Positions 25,366 to 35,834 of a DNA stretch of 64,000 nucleotides are shown here, piece by piece. The DNA comes from an uncultured Candidatus Binatia bacterium. GTDB lineage: Bacteria > Desulfobacterota > Binatia > UBA9968 > JAJDTQ01. Made by a program: the position numbers and the translations under genes. Each line of letters starts with the position of its first letter. The stretch's first letter is position 1. Below the pieces are notes generated by a model. That model saw only the letters and a list, made by a program, of their open reading frames with translations. It did not search any database and was not told where the DNA came from. Where the stretch lies: NCBI GenBank assembly GCA_965213675.1, contig OZ243916.1, positions 2,784,001-2,848,000 of the forward strand. Direction: 5' to 3'.

Positions 25366-26804
25366 AACCGCGTGGATGTTGGATGCGCTGGGCGCGGTTT
25401 GCGCCGTAGAATAAGCTCACGCTCCATGGCGGCGTCCTGCGGCGCGGGCCGGCGGCGCTCGTGGACGGTGCACGGCAGTCCGTTGCGGCAGCGGTAGATT
25501 CCCATGGTGATCACTTCGGGGTGCTGTTCCGAGATCACTTCCACGCGCCAGCGCTGGGTGATGGCCGCCAGCGCAATGACCGACTCCATCCTTGCGAACG
25601 CTGCGCCGATGCAGGTGCGCAGGCCGCTGCCGAAGGGAACGTAGGCGTGCGGGGGATGTTGCGCCTGGCGGTTTGCCAGCCAACGATCCGGCCGGAACGC
25701 CGCGGCCTCGGGGAAATACTTCTCTTCTCGCTGGGGGATGCGCCAGCACGGCTGCACGACGGTTCCCCGGGGAATCCGGTAGCCGCCCAGGACCGTGTCC
25801 TCGATGGCCGTACGCCCGACGATATAGGTGGGCGGAGCCACCCGGAGGACCTCATCGAAGACCGCGCGCGTGTAGGGCAGCCGGTCGCAATCGTCCATGG
25901 CCGGCGGCTCCCCACCCAGCACCTGATCCACCTCCGCCTCCAGCCGCTCGCGCACCCGCGGATTGCGGCTGAGATAGTAGAAGCACCACGTCAGGGCGTT
26001 GGCCGACGTTTCATGGCCCGCCAGGATCATGGCAAGCGACTCGTCCCGCACCTCCCCGTCGCTGAGGGCGCGGTGGACGCCGTCTTCGTCCTCGGCGTGG
26101 ACCAGCCACCAGATCAGCTCGGTGCGCTCCTGCTCGTGGGCATGGGCGTCTCGAATCACCGCGTGGATCACCCGGTCCATGGCCTCGACGGCGTGGTCGC
26201 GCTGCCGGTTCCTGGCCAGCGGCAGGCGCGCCACGAGATCGCCCAACGGGAGAAGAGTCAGCACCATGCTCCAGCCCATGGCTGTCACGATGTCCTTGAC
26301 CAGCTTCGTATCCACGGCCAACCCGGGTCCGAAGAAGGTCCGGGTGATGATGTTCAGGGCCATCCGGTGCATGTGGCCGTCGATGTCGATGGTGTCTCCG
26401 TCGCGCCAGGCGCCACGGGCGCGGAGCGCCTCTTCGACCATGACCGCGGCGTAGCCGCTCATGGCCTTGCGCATGAAGGCCGGCTGGATCAGCTTTCGAA
26501 TGCGCCGGTGCTGTGCGCCGTCCGCCGTGATGGAGGTGGGATTGGCAAGGACGCGGGACTTCTTGAACATGGGCCCCTTCTCGAAGGAAGCCTGCTTCGA
26601 GATCAGCACCTCCTCGATGATGTCGGGGCTGTAGACGACGCAGATTCTCCGGGACAGGAGCCGGAAACACGCGATGTCCCCGTACTCTTCGTGCAACCGC
26701 TCGTAGAAGCCCAGTGGATTGCGCAGGCGTACGATCAGGTTCCCCACGCCGAGCCCGCCCGGCCCGGGCGGAAGCCCGGCAGCCTTCGAAGCGGGTTCAG
26801 CCAT
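25353..26804 (-). CDS. Cytochrome P450
   Basis: AGHETS I-helix, EVLR (ExxR), FRPDRW, PFGSGLRTCIG haem motif. Confidence 0.96.
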   Translation of the reverse strand: MAEPASKAAGLPPGPGGLGVGNLIVRLRNPLGFYERLHEEYGDIACFRLLSRRICVVYSPDIIEEVLISKQASFEKGPMFKKSRVLANPTSITADGAQHRRIRKLIQPAFMRKAMSGYAAVMVEEALRARGAWRDGDTIDIDGHMHRMALNIITRTFFGPGLAVDTKLVKDIVTAMGWSMVLTLLPLGDLVARLPLARNRQRDHAVEAMDRVIHAVIRDAHAHEQERTELIWWLVHAEDEDGVHRALSDGEVRDESLAMILAGHETSANALTWCFYYLSRNPRVRERLEAEVDQVLGGEPPAMDDCDRLPYTRAVFDEVLRVAPPTYIVGRTAIEDTVLGGYRIPRGTVVQPCWRIPQREEKYFPEAAAFRPDRWLANRQAQHPPHAYVPFGSGLRTCIGAAFARMESVIALAAITQRWRVEVISEQHPEVITMGIYRCRNGLPCTVHERRRPAPQDAAMERELILRRKPRPAHPTSTRFHTG

Positions 26805-26941
26805 GGCGATCCATCCTGGCAGGCCGGCCGCACACCGCCGGCATGCGCCGGCTTCGCGCCCATGGCCGGCCTGCTCCGCATGAGGCGGGCGATCTCCCGC
26901 GCAGCCAACTCGTTCAGGCGCTCGTGGCCGGGTGTCGTCCC

Positions 26942-27808
26942 CTACCGGTCGTCATCCCAGCCGCCCCACCCGCGACGCCCGATGGCATAGGGGTTGGGGT
27001 GCGGCAGAATGAAGTATTCGGTGCTCTTGGGCAGCATCCGGCGCGTGAGCACGAGCCGGGAATCAGTGTGCCGCCGAACCGGATAGCGGCCGTCGAGGTG
27101 GGACGCGAAATATTCCGCCTGGCTCGGATCGTCGTAGTGCATGGGCAGCACGATGGGCGGTTTCACCTGCTCGATGACCTTGACGAGATCGCCGAAGCCC
27201 AGGTTGTTGCGCGCATCGATGGGGACCATCATGACGTCCACCCGGCGCAGGAGCTGCTGCTGCTTCTCGGTGAGCAGATGTCCGATGTTGCCCAGGTGGG
27301 CAAGGCAAAGGCTGCCCATCTCGAAGACGAAGATCGAGTTGGCGATGCGGGTGTAGTCGTAACTGCGGGCGCTGGGCAGGTTCACCACCACGATGTCCTT
27401 GACCTTGCGCCGCACCGGCTGCCAGCGCTGGTCCAGCGTGATGCCCCGCAGCACCAGCGGGTTGCCGCGCACCGCCTCCACGTTGTTGTGGGTGTAGTGG
27501 CCGTTGCTCACCGTCACGGCATCGGCCGTGATGCCGGGAGTCACGTCGAAGTTGGGGTCGGCCACCACCCGGGTGCCCGTGCCCGAACGGATGGCGAAGC
27601 TCGAATGGCCGAACCAGCGCAATTGGTATTGACCCAGGCCGATATCCGGCGTGGTCGACGCCAGCGCGTGAGCGCCCGTGACCCGCGCCAGCCGGGGACC
27701 CGCATCCAGGGAACGGACCAGGTTGGGATTGCAGATCGCGGCTGCCGTCCCCGGGCTCAAGCACACCGCCAGACCCAGCACGAGACTCAAAAGAAAAGCC
27801 CTTGACAT
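26942..27808 (-). CDS. Exported metallo-beta-lactamase-fold protein with degenerate metal ligands
   Basis: Signal peptide; WFGHSSF, VSNGHYTHNN, HLGN, LPMHY. Confidence 0.75.
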   Translation of the reverse strand: MSRAFLLSLVLGLAVCLSPGTAAAICNPNLVRSLDAGPRLARVTGAHALASTTPDIGLGQYQLRWFGHSSFAIRSGTGTRVVADPNFDVTPGITADAVTVSNGHYTHNNVEAVRGNPLVLRGITLDQRWQPVRRKVKDIVVVNLPSARSYDYTRIANSIFVFEMGSLCLAHLGNIGHLLTEKQQQLLRRVDVMMVPIDARNNLGFGDLVKVIEQVKPPIVLPMHYDDPSQAEYFASHLDGRYPVRRHTDSRLVLTRRMLPKSTEYFILPHPNPYAIGRRGWGGWDDDR

Positions 27809-27848
27809 GGCTCCCTCCCGTGTCACCCGCGGCGGCAACGCCACGGCA

Positions 27849-28220
27849 TCATGAGCACGTCTCACACGTGCCGTAGAGAGAAAGCTGATGGGAGGTGACC
27901 CGGAAGCCCGTGTCGGGCGACAGGACCGGCGCCGCTTCCCTACGGCCGAGGGTTACATCATAGACCCTTCCGCAGGTTTCGCAAATGAAATGCGGGTGCT
28001 TGTCAAGGATGGGATCGAAGCGCTGGGTGCGGTCGATGTTGAGGATCTGGAGCTTTCCGTCCTCGGCCAGCTTGTGCAGATTCCGGTACACCGTGCCAAG
28101 GCTGATGCCGGGCATGTCCCTGCGCACCCGCTCGTAGAGTTGATCCGCGGTGGGGTGGGAGGTTTCGTCCTTGACGGCGTCCCAGATCGCTTCAAGCTGT
28201 CGCGTGCGTCTTGGGGACAT
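27849..28220 (-). CDS. Fur/PerR-family transcriptional regulator
   Basis: HPTADQLY, ISLGTVYRNL, HPHFICETCG, GTCETC. Confidence 0.92.
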   Translation of the reverse strand: MSPRRTRQLEAIWDAVKDETSHPTADQLYERVRRDMPGISLGTVYRNLHKLAEDGKLQILNIDRTQRFDPILDKHPHFICETCGRVYDVTLGRREAAPVLSPDTGFRVTSHQLSLYGTCETCS

Positions 28221-28238
28221 GGGCAATCCCACGGGACA

Positions 28239-28403
28239 CTAGTGTGGTGTCTGGTTAATTCGCGTCATAATCTGCGGAGGATTTTTTGTCGTCGGCAAGG
28301 CGCGATGACGAGCAGTGGCGGGTACCACGCGAGGAAGAGCCACGCAGCCGACGGCGAATAAGACCCGCAGATTATGACGCGTATTAACCAGACACCACAC
28401 TAG
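28239..28403. mobile_element. MITE family A, copy 2, at the stop codon of the DUF3501 gene
   Basis: 39-bp inverted ends (1 mismatch) including CTAG at both sides; the right CTAG carries the minus-strand TAG at 28400-28402. Confidence 0.9.
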
Positions 28404-28972
28404 TCCAGGTCCTTGAGCAACTCCGCCCTGGCGGCGTCGGTCAGCACCGTCTCAGCGTGGTAGTTCTCGTGGTCCACCACGATCCGCGCCTCCGACCCGC
28501 GCATTGCCTCCGCCTCCTCGGGCGCGACACGGAAGGTGATGTACTGCACCGCGCTGATCTTGTCTTCCTTGCTGTGGCCTTCCTCGAAACTGGCGCGTAT
28601 CGAGTGGTCGGCGCCGATGCACAGGAACACCCGTTCGTCGATGCCGAGGAACTTCAACAGCTCCTCGCGCAGGTTGGTCTGGTCCTCGATCTCCAGAAAC
28701 AGCGTCGCGCGCAGTTCCCCGGCATTGGGAATGAACGCGTTGTAGACGTCGATCTCCTCGCGGATCCGGTCCAGGTCGCGGATGCTCTCCGCCCGCAGCA
28801 TCTCCTGTATCTGGAAGATCACCGTGGCCCGGTTCTCGAAAACCAGCGAGACCTTCTCGCCCACCGACACCCGGCGGCGCTTCTTGAGATCGATGATTTC
28901 GCGCCGGAAAGCGTCGCGTTTCTGCTCGTAGGCGTTGCCGCCGACGATATCGTTCAGCGTGACCTTTTCCAT
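28400..28972 (-). CDS. DUF3501 family protein
   Basis: [34 protein letters not shown]; next to rubrerythrin as is usual for this family. Confidence 0.85.
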   Translation of the reverse strand: MEKVTLNDIVGGNAYEQKRDAFRREIIDLKKRRRVSVGEKVSLVFENRATVIFQIQEMLRAESIRDLDRIREEIDVYNAFIPNAGELRATLFLEIEDQTNLREELLKFLGIDERVFLCIGADHSIRASFEEGHSKEDKISAVQYITFRVAPEEAEAMRGSEARIVVDHENYHAETVLTDAARAELLKDLD

Positions 28973-29104
28973 GCTACCCAAGCGAATCCTTCCCGCCCGC
29001 GGGCACGGAAAGGCTAACAGAGAGCGACCGCGGGTTGCCCCGACGGCTCTCCCAGCCCGCAGGCGCGGGCGGGGAGAGCGGCGATGCAACGGACGGAACG
29101 CGGA

Positions 29105-29548
<444 letters not shown>

Positions 29549-29563
29549 AGGTGCCTCCTTGTT

Positions 29564-29582
29564 GGTAATGGTTTTCATTACT
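29564..29582. promoter_or_regulatory. Fur/PerR-like operator
   Basis: GTAATG-gtttt-CATTAC palindrome resembling GATAATGATAATCATTATC, just upstream of the rbr RBS; a PerR-like gene is in the same cluster. Confidence 0.7.
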
Positions 29583-29755
29583 AGCCTACCGCATCCCCGG
29601 CGTCAACCGCGGGGGATGCGCCGAGACGCGAAGGAATGCCGCCTGGGCCGGATCGTCCGCGCCGTGATTCTCGCAACCGCCCTGCCGTCCGGGCGGTGCC
29701 TGGAGCGGCGCCATTGGCTTGGCCCCGCAGGGTTTGTTATTCTCCTCTAAACCTC

Positions 29756-30085
29756 ATGGACACGACCATCACCATTGACGACTTTCGCGCCCTGGATCTG
29801 CGCGTGGGCACGGTGACCGGCGCCGAGCCCCATCCCAACGCCGACCGGCTGCTGGTGCTCCAGGTGGATCTGGGTTCGGAGAAGCGCCAACTCGTGGCCG
29901 GCATTCGCGGCCACTACAGCCCTGAAGCGTTGATTGGCCGGCAACTGGTGGTGGTGGCCAACCTCAAGCCCGCGAAGCTGAGAGGCGTCGAAAGCCAAGG
30001 CATGATCCTGGCCGCATCCACCGACGATCAGCTCGTCATCCTGACGCCGGAGCAGCGCATCACGCCCGGCGCCAAGGTTTCCTGA
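29756..30085 (+). CDS. Stand-alone tRNA-binding OB-fold (MetRS C-terminal / Trbp111 / CsaA-like)
   Basis: DDF..LDLRVG, HPNAD.L, RQLVAGI, NLKPAKLRGVESQGM. Confidence 0.9.
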   Translation: MDTTITIDDFRALDLRVGTVTGAEPHPNADRLLVLQVDLGSEKRQLVAGIRGHYSPEALIGRQLVVVANLKPAKLRGVESQGMILAASTDDQLVILTPEQRITPGAKVS

Positions 30086-30094
30086 CACGCACGC

Positions 30095-31225
30095 GTGTCT
30101 TCCCTCCACAAAGCCGCGGGGACCTGCTGTGTGGTGGACCCATCGGCCCTGCGCGCGAACCTCGACACGGCGCGCCGCCTGGCAGGCCCGGACGTCGCGG
30201 TACTTGCCGTCGTGAAGGCGGATGCCTACGGGCACGGCGACATCGCAACGGCCCGGGTCCTGTGTGCGGCAGGCGTGCGCCATCTCGGGGTCGCGGACGC
30301 CGCGGAAGGCGTGCGCCTGCGCGAGGCCGGCATCGACGCCGCCATCGTCGTCCTGGGAAGCATCCATCCCGAGGACGTCGCCGCGCTGGTACGGCATTCC
30401 CTGACTTCGGTAGTGCCGGGTCTCGACCTCCTGGGCCATCTTGACGCCTACGGCGTGAAGCACGGGATCGAGATCCCCTGCCACCTCAAGGTGGACACCG
30501 GCATGGGGCGGCTGGGACTTCTGCCTGCGGACATCGACCAATGGCTGCCCGCGCTGGAGAGGCTCCGAGCCGTCCGGCTCAAGGGCGTCCTGTCCCACTT
30601 CTCCACAGCCGAGGAACCGGAATCGCCGTCCTGCCTCAGGCAACTCGGCGCCTTCGGGCAGACCCTGGAACGCATGCGCGCCGCGGGGCGCCGGCCCGCG
30701 CTGGCGCATATGGCCAACAGCGCCGCCGTCATGGGTCTGCCTGACGCCCGTTTCGACATGATTCGCCCCGGCGGCATGCTCTACGGTCTCTACTCGCATC
30801 CGCCGCTGGCGCAACGCGTACGGCTGGCGCCGGCGCTCACGTGGAAGACCCGGGTGCTGCAACTCAAGACGCTGCCGAAGCACGCGCCCGTGAGCTACGG
30901 CGGCACCTTCGTCACCCGGCGCAGGAGCGTCATCGCGACCCTGCCCGTGGGCTACGCCGACGGCTACAAGCGCGCTCTGTCCAACAAGGCCGCGGTGCTC
31001 ATCCGGGGCCGCCGGGCTCCAGTGGTGGGCCGCGTCACCATGGATCTGACCATGGCGGACGTGACCGACATCGCCGGCGTGGAGCCGGGCGACGAGGTGG
31101 TATTGCTGGGAAGGCAAGGCGACGAGGCCGTCTCGGCAGAAGAGATGGCATCCTGGGCGGATACCATCTCCTACGAGATCCTCACATCCATCAGCCCGCG
31201 CATTCCGCGTCGCTATTGTCATTGA
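30095..31225 (+). CDS. alr: Alanine racemase
   Basis: VVKADAYGHG, KVDTGMGRLG, GYADG, GRVTMD, TISYE. Confidence 0.96.
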   Translation: MSSLHKAAGTCCVVDPSALRANLDTARRLAGPDVAVLAVVKADAYGHGDIATARVLCAAGVRHLGVADAAEGVRLREAGIDAAIVVLGSIHPEDVAALVRHSLTSVVPGLDLLGHLDAYGVKHGIEIPCHLKVDTGMGRLGLLPADIDQWLPALERLRAVRLKGVLSHFSTAEEPESPSCLRQLGAFGQTLERMRAAGRRPALAHMANSAAVMGLPDARFDMIRPGGMLYGLYSHPPLAQRVRLAPALTWKTRVLQLKTLPKHAPVSYGGTFVTRRRSVIATLPVGYADGYKRALSNKAAVLIRGRRAPVVGRVTMDLTMADVTDIAGVEPGDEVVLLGRQGDEAVSAEEMASWADTISYEILTSISPRIPRRYCH

Positions 31226-31439
31226 CCAGGGCCGGGCGCACCCGCGGTCTTCAACTCGGTCCGACTCGATCCGCATGGGATCGGATCCACCCATGGCTGG
31301 AACCGGTCGTGTCGCGACACGCGTTGCCCAAACCCGAGCGGTTGCGCTATGACACATGGACCGTCGCGGACTCCGCAACCCGCTGGGCAAGGGCTTCGCG
31401 TCATCCGGAACATCCGCAACAGGGAGGAACAGGGCACTC

Positions 31440-33014
<1,575 letters not shown>

Positions 33015-33053
33015 GAGCCTCGCGCCCACAGGGACCCCTCCCATTCCGGAACC

Positions 33054-34325
33054 ATGAACATTCTCGTCATCGGAAGCGGCGGCCGTGAGCACGCGCTGGT
33101 CTGGAAGCTCGGCCAGAGTCCGCGAGTGGACAAGCTCTACTGCGCGCCCGGCAACGACGGCATGAGGCAGCAGGCGGAGCGGGTGGACATCGGCGCGGGT
33201 GACATCGAGAAGCTGGCGGACTTCGCCGCGCGGGAGGCCATCGACCTCACGGTGGTGGGACCGGAGCAGCCGCTGGTGGCAGGCATCGCCGACCTGTTCG
33301 AAAGCCGGGGCCTCAAGGTGTTCGGTCCCGGCCGCGAAGCGGCGCGACTCGAGGGCAGCAAGGCCTTTGCCAAGGAATTGATGCGAGAGAACGGCATCCC
33401 CACCGCGGCGTGCGAGATTTTCACCGATCTCGACGAGGCACGTCGCTACGTGGCCCAAGACCGGCCGTGCGTGGTCAAGGCCGACGGCCTGGCCGCGGGC
33501 AAGGGCGTTATCCTGTGCGCGGGCCGGGCCGAGGCGGAAGCGGCCCTGGACGACATCATGGGACGCAGGGTCTTCGGCGCGGCGGGTGACCGGGTGGTCA
33601 TCGAGGAGTTGCTGGCGGGCGAGGAAGCCTCGTTCATGGCGCTGATGGACGGCAATGATTTCCTGCCGCTGGCCACCTCCCAGGACCACAAGCGCGTCTT
33701 CGACGGCGACGAGGGACCCAACACCGGCGGCATGGGGGCGTACTCGCCGGCGCCGGCGGTGGACGCCGGGGTGCATGACGCGGTGGTGGAGCGGGTGCTG
33801 AAACCGTTGGCGGCCGGGCTCAAGCGTCGCGGCCTCGTGTATCGCGGCGTCCTCTACGCCGGGATCATGATTACCGGCGACGGCCCCAAGGTGCTGGAAT
33901 TCAACTGCCGTTTCGGCGACCCGGAGTGCCAGCCCCTCATGATGCGGCTCCGGTCCGACCTAGCGGCGCTGCTCATGGCCACTGCCGAGGGCCGGTTGCG
34001 GGAAGCGGCCGCGGAATGGTCCGATCAGGCGGCGGTGTGCGTCGTGCTCGCGTCCGCGGGCTATCCGGGCGCGTATCCAACGGGCATCGAGATCGACGGC
34101 CTGGACACGCTCGACGCTTGGGAACGGGGCTGCGCTTTCCACGCCGGCACCACGCGCCGGGAAAACCGCTGGTACACCGCCGGCGGCCGGGTGCTGGGCG
34201 TCACCGCGCTGGGAGACACCATTGCCGCGGCCACGAGGGAGGCCTATGAAGGCGCAGGCAGGATCGCCTGGGACGGCATGCACCACCGCCGGGACATCGC
34301 CGCGCGCGCCATGGAGCGCCGCTAG
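33054..34325 (+). CDS. purD: Phosphoribosylamine-glycine ligase
   Basis: GSGGREHAL, KADGLAAGKGV, GPNTGGMG, EFNCRFGDPE. Confidence 0.98.
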   Translation: MNILVIGSGGREHALVWKLGQSPRVDKLYCAPGNDGMRQQAERVDIGAGDIEKLADFAAREAIDLTVVGPEQPLVAGIADLFESRGLKVFGPGREAARLEGSKAFAKELMRENGIPTAACEIFTDLDEARRYVAQDRPCVVKADGLAAGKGVILCAGRAEAEAALDDIMGRRVFGAAGDRVVIEELLAGEEASFMALMDGNDFLPLATSQDHKRVFDGDEGPNTGGMGAYSPAPAVDAGVHDAVVERVLKPLAAGLKRRGLVYRGVLYAGIMITGDGPKVLEFNCRFGDPECQPLMMRLRSDLAALLMATAEGRLREAAAEWSDQAAVCVVLASAGYPGAYPTGIEIDGLDTLDAWERGCAFHAGTTRRENRWYTAGGRVLGVTALGDTIAAATREAYEGAGRIAWDGMHHRRDIAARAMERR

Positions 34326-34347
34326 TGTGGTGTCTGGTTAATTCGCG
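34322..34347. mobile_element. Solo end of MITE family A at the purD stop codon
   Basis: ctagtgtggtgtctggttaattcgcg is identical to the left end of copies 1 and 2; its TAG is the purD stop. Confidence 0.85.
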
Positions 34348-34485
34348 AACGCGGAACCATGCCCTGAACATCCGCGAGACATAATCCTCGCCCAACCCGC
34401 CGATGAGCAGCTTGGCGCCGAGAAACAGCGGGTTGCCGATCAGTTCATCGGCCGCCTGCCAGTCCAGTTCGCTGTCGCCGTGCAC
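34348..34485 (-). pseudogene. Fragment of an MmeI-like (type IIL/IIG) DNA methyltransferase
   Basis: W.AAD..IGNPLFLGAKLL...LGEDYV.RMF resembles the conserved WP.AD.IIGNPPFLG.K...LG.DYV motif IV region. Confidence 0.6.
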
Positions 34486-34538
34486 AAGGCACGAGACGAG
34501 GGCCTCCGAGGGCGGCGGCTCTCTCGATATTACCGCGT

Positions 34539-34961
34539 CTAATTGCAGGTCGAGGTTGCCGAACTTGGACTACCGATATTGTATGCCGTTGGGTAAGGGG
34601 GGGCGTTACTGCATGCGCTATTACCGGATGTCGCGTTACAGGTAGCCTCATTGGTGTTATCGTTGGACGTCTGAATCGTTATCGTGTGCGAACCCTTGTT
34701 TGTCAAATTGCAAGGAAAGGAAAAGTGGAAGTCAGGCTGCAGCCACCAGTAACGATCATAACCGGCCCATCTGACAAGGACTAGCACTGCATGACCCGGA
34801 TCCGGACTGAGAGATGCTTTAAATTTTACATCATCGCCGGGAAAGACCTGTGATGTATTCGCTGTGATAGTCGCACTCGGCGTAGTCTGCGCCATTGCCG
34901 GGTATGTCAGCATTCCGAACACCAGCGTGGCCAACGCGGCCATCGTCAGTTGTCGTATCAT
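34539..34961 (-). CDS. Secreted 140-aa orphan protein, Ig/Calx-beta-like end, AT-richer than the host genes
   Basis: Signal peptide ending AMA|Q, strong RBS aaggagg, 4 Cys, C-terminal YNIGSPSSAT. Confidence 0.65.
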   Translation of the reverse strand: MIRQLTMAALATLVFGMLTYPAMAQTTPSATITANTSQVFPGDDVKFKASLSPDPGHAVLVLVRWAGYDRYWWLQPDFHFSFPCNLTNKGSHTITIQTSNDNTNEATCNATSGNSACSNAPPYPTAYNIGSPSSATSTCN

Positions 34962-35308
34962 TGGTTACCTCCTTGTTGACCCGATAGATCCTCAGGGAAG
35001 ATCTGAACAAGTCCATTAACGTAGAAGTGCCTCAGCGTCGTATTTTAGTACAGCACAGGGGGGAGGGGTCAAGACAAAAGTTGGCTTTCCCGCCTTTCGT
35101 GTAAGCGCGACAGCCTTTACTCACACGGAGTCACCGAGCTACGCGTTTCCTTCGCTTCGATGCTTCGGGTGACTCGGTTTTCGTCGATCCTGATGCTATG
35201 ACTCGGACAGACTCCCCGGCAACGCGGTGGGACATCTCCGGCGAGAGGCGCCGTGCAGCCGTGCAGGGAATGGCAGTTCAAACCGACGATTGAAGGAGGA
35301 AACACACA

Positions 35309-35821
35309 GTGGCGGATCAGAGTCCGAAAGTTGCGATATTGATGGGCAGCGATTCCGACCTGGAGGTCATGAAGGAGGCCGCAACTCGGCTGGAGTCCTT
35401 CGGCATCCCGTACGAGATGCACATATCGTCCGCGCACCGCTCCCCGGAGCGGACCCACGCCTATGCCAAAGGCGCGGCGGACCGGGGCATCGAGGCGTTC
35501 ATCGTGGGTGCGGGCGCGGCGGCGCATCTGGCGGGGGTGGTGGCGGCGGTCACCACCCTGCCGGTGATCGGCGTGCCGCTGAGCGCGTCGGCGCTGAACG
35601 GCATGGACGCGCTGCTGGCGACCGTGCAGATGCCGGCGGGGGTGCCGGTGGCGACCATGGCCATCGGCAAGGGCGGCGCCGCCAACGCGGGCATCTTCGC
35701 GGCCCAGATCATCGCGCGGCAGGACCCGGAGTTGTCGGCCCGGCTGGCCCGCTTCAAGGAGGAACTGGCCGCGGGCGTGGAAGCCAGGGACGCCAAACTT
35801 CAGGAAAGCCTGAAGGCCTAG
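35309..35821 (+). CDS. purE: N5-CAIR mutase
   Basis: [29 protein letters not shown]. Confidence 0.97.
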   Translation: MADQSPKVAILMGSDSDLEVMKEAATRLESFGIPYEMHISSAHRSPERTHAYAKGAADRGIEAFIVGAGAAAHLAGVVAAVTTLPVIGVPLSASALNGMDALLATVQMPAGVPVATMAIGKGGAANAGIFAAQIIARQDPELSARLARFKEELAAGVEARDAKLQESLKA

Positions 35822-35834
35822 CCGGGGACGCGCG

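Noticed and set aside
31226-31439. Possible ZMP/ZTP riboswitch upstream of purH
   Set aside because: There are imperfect hairpins and a gctgggc, but the conserved GACUGGCG...GGGGAGC core is not visible.
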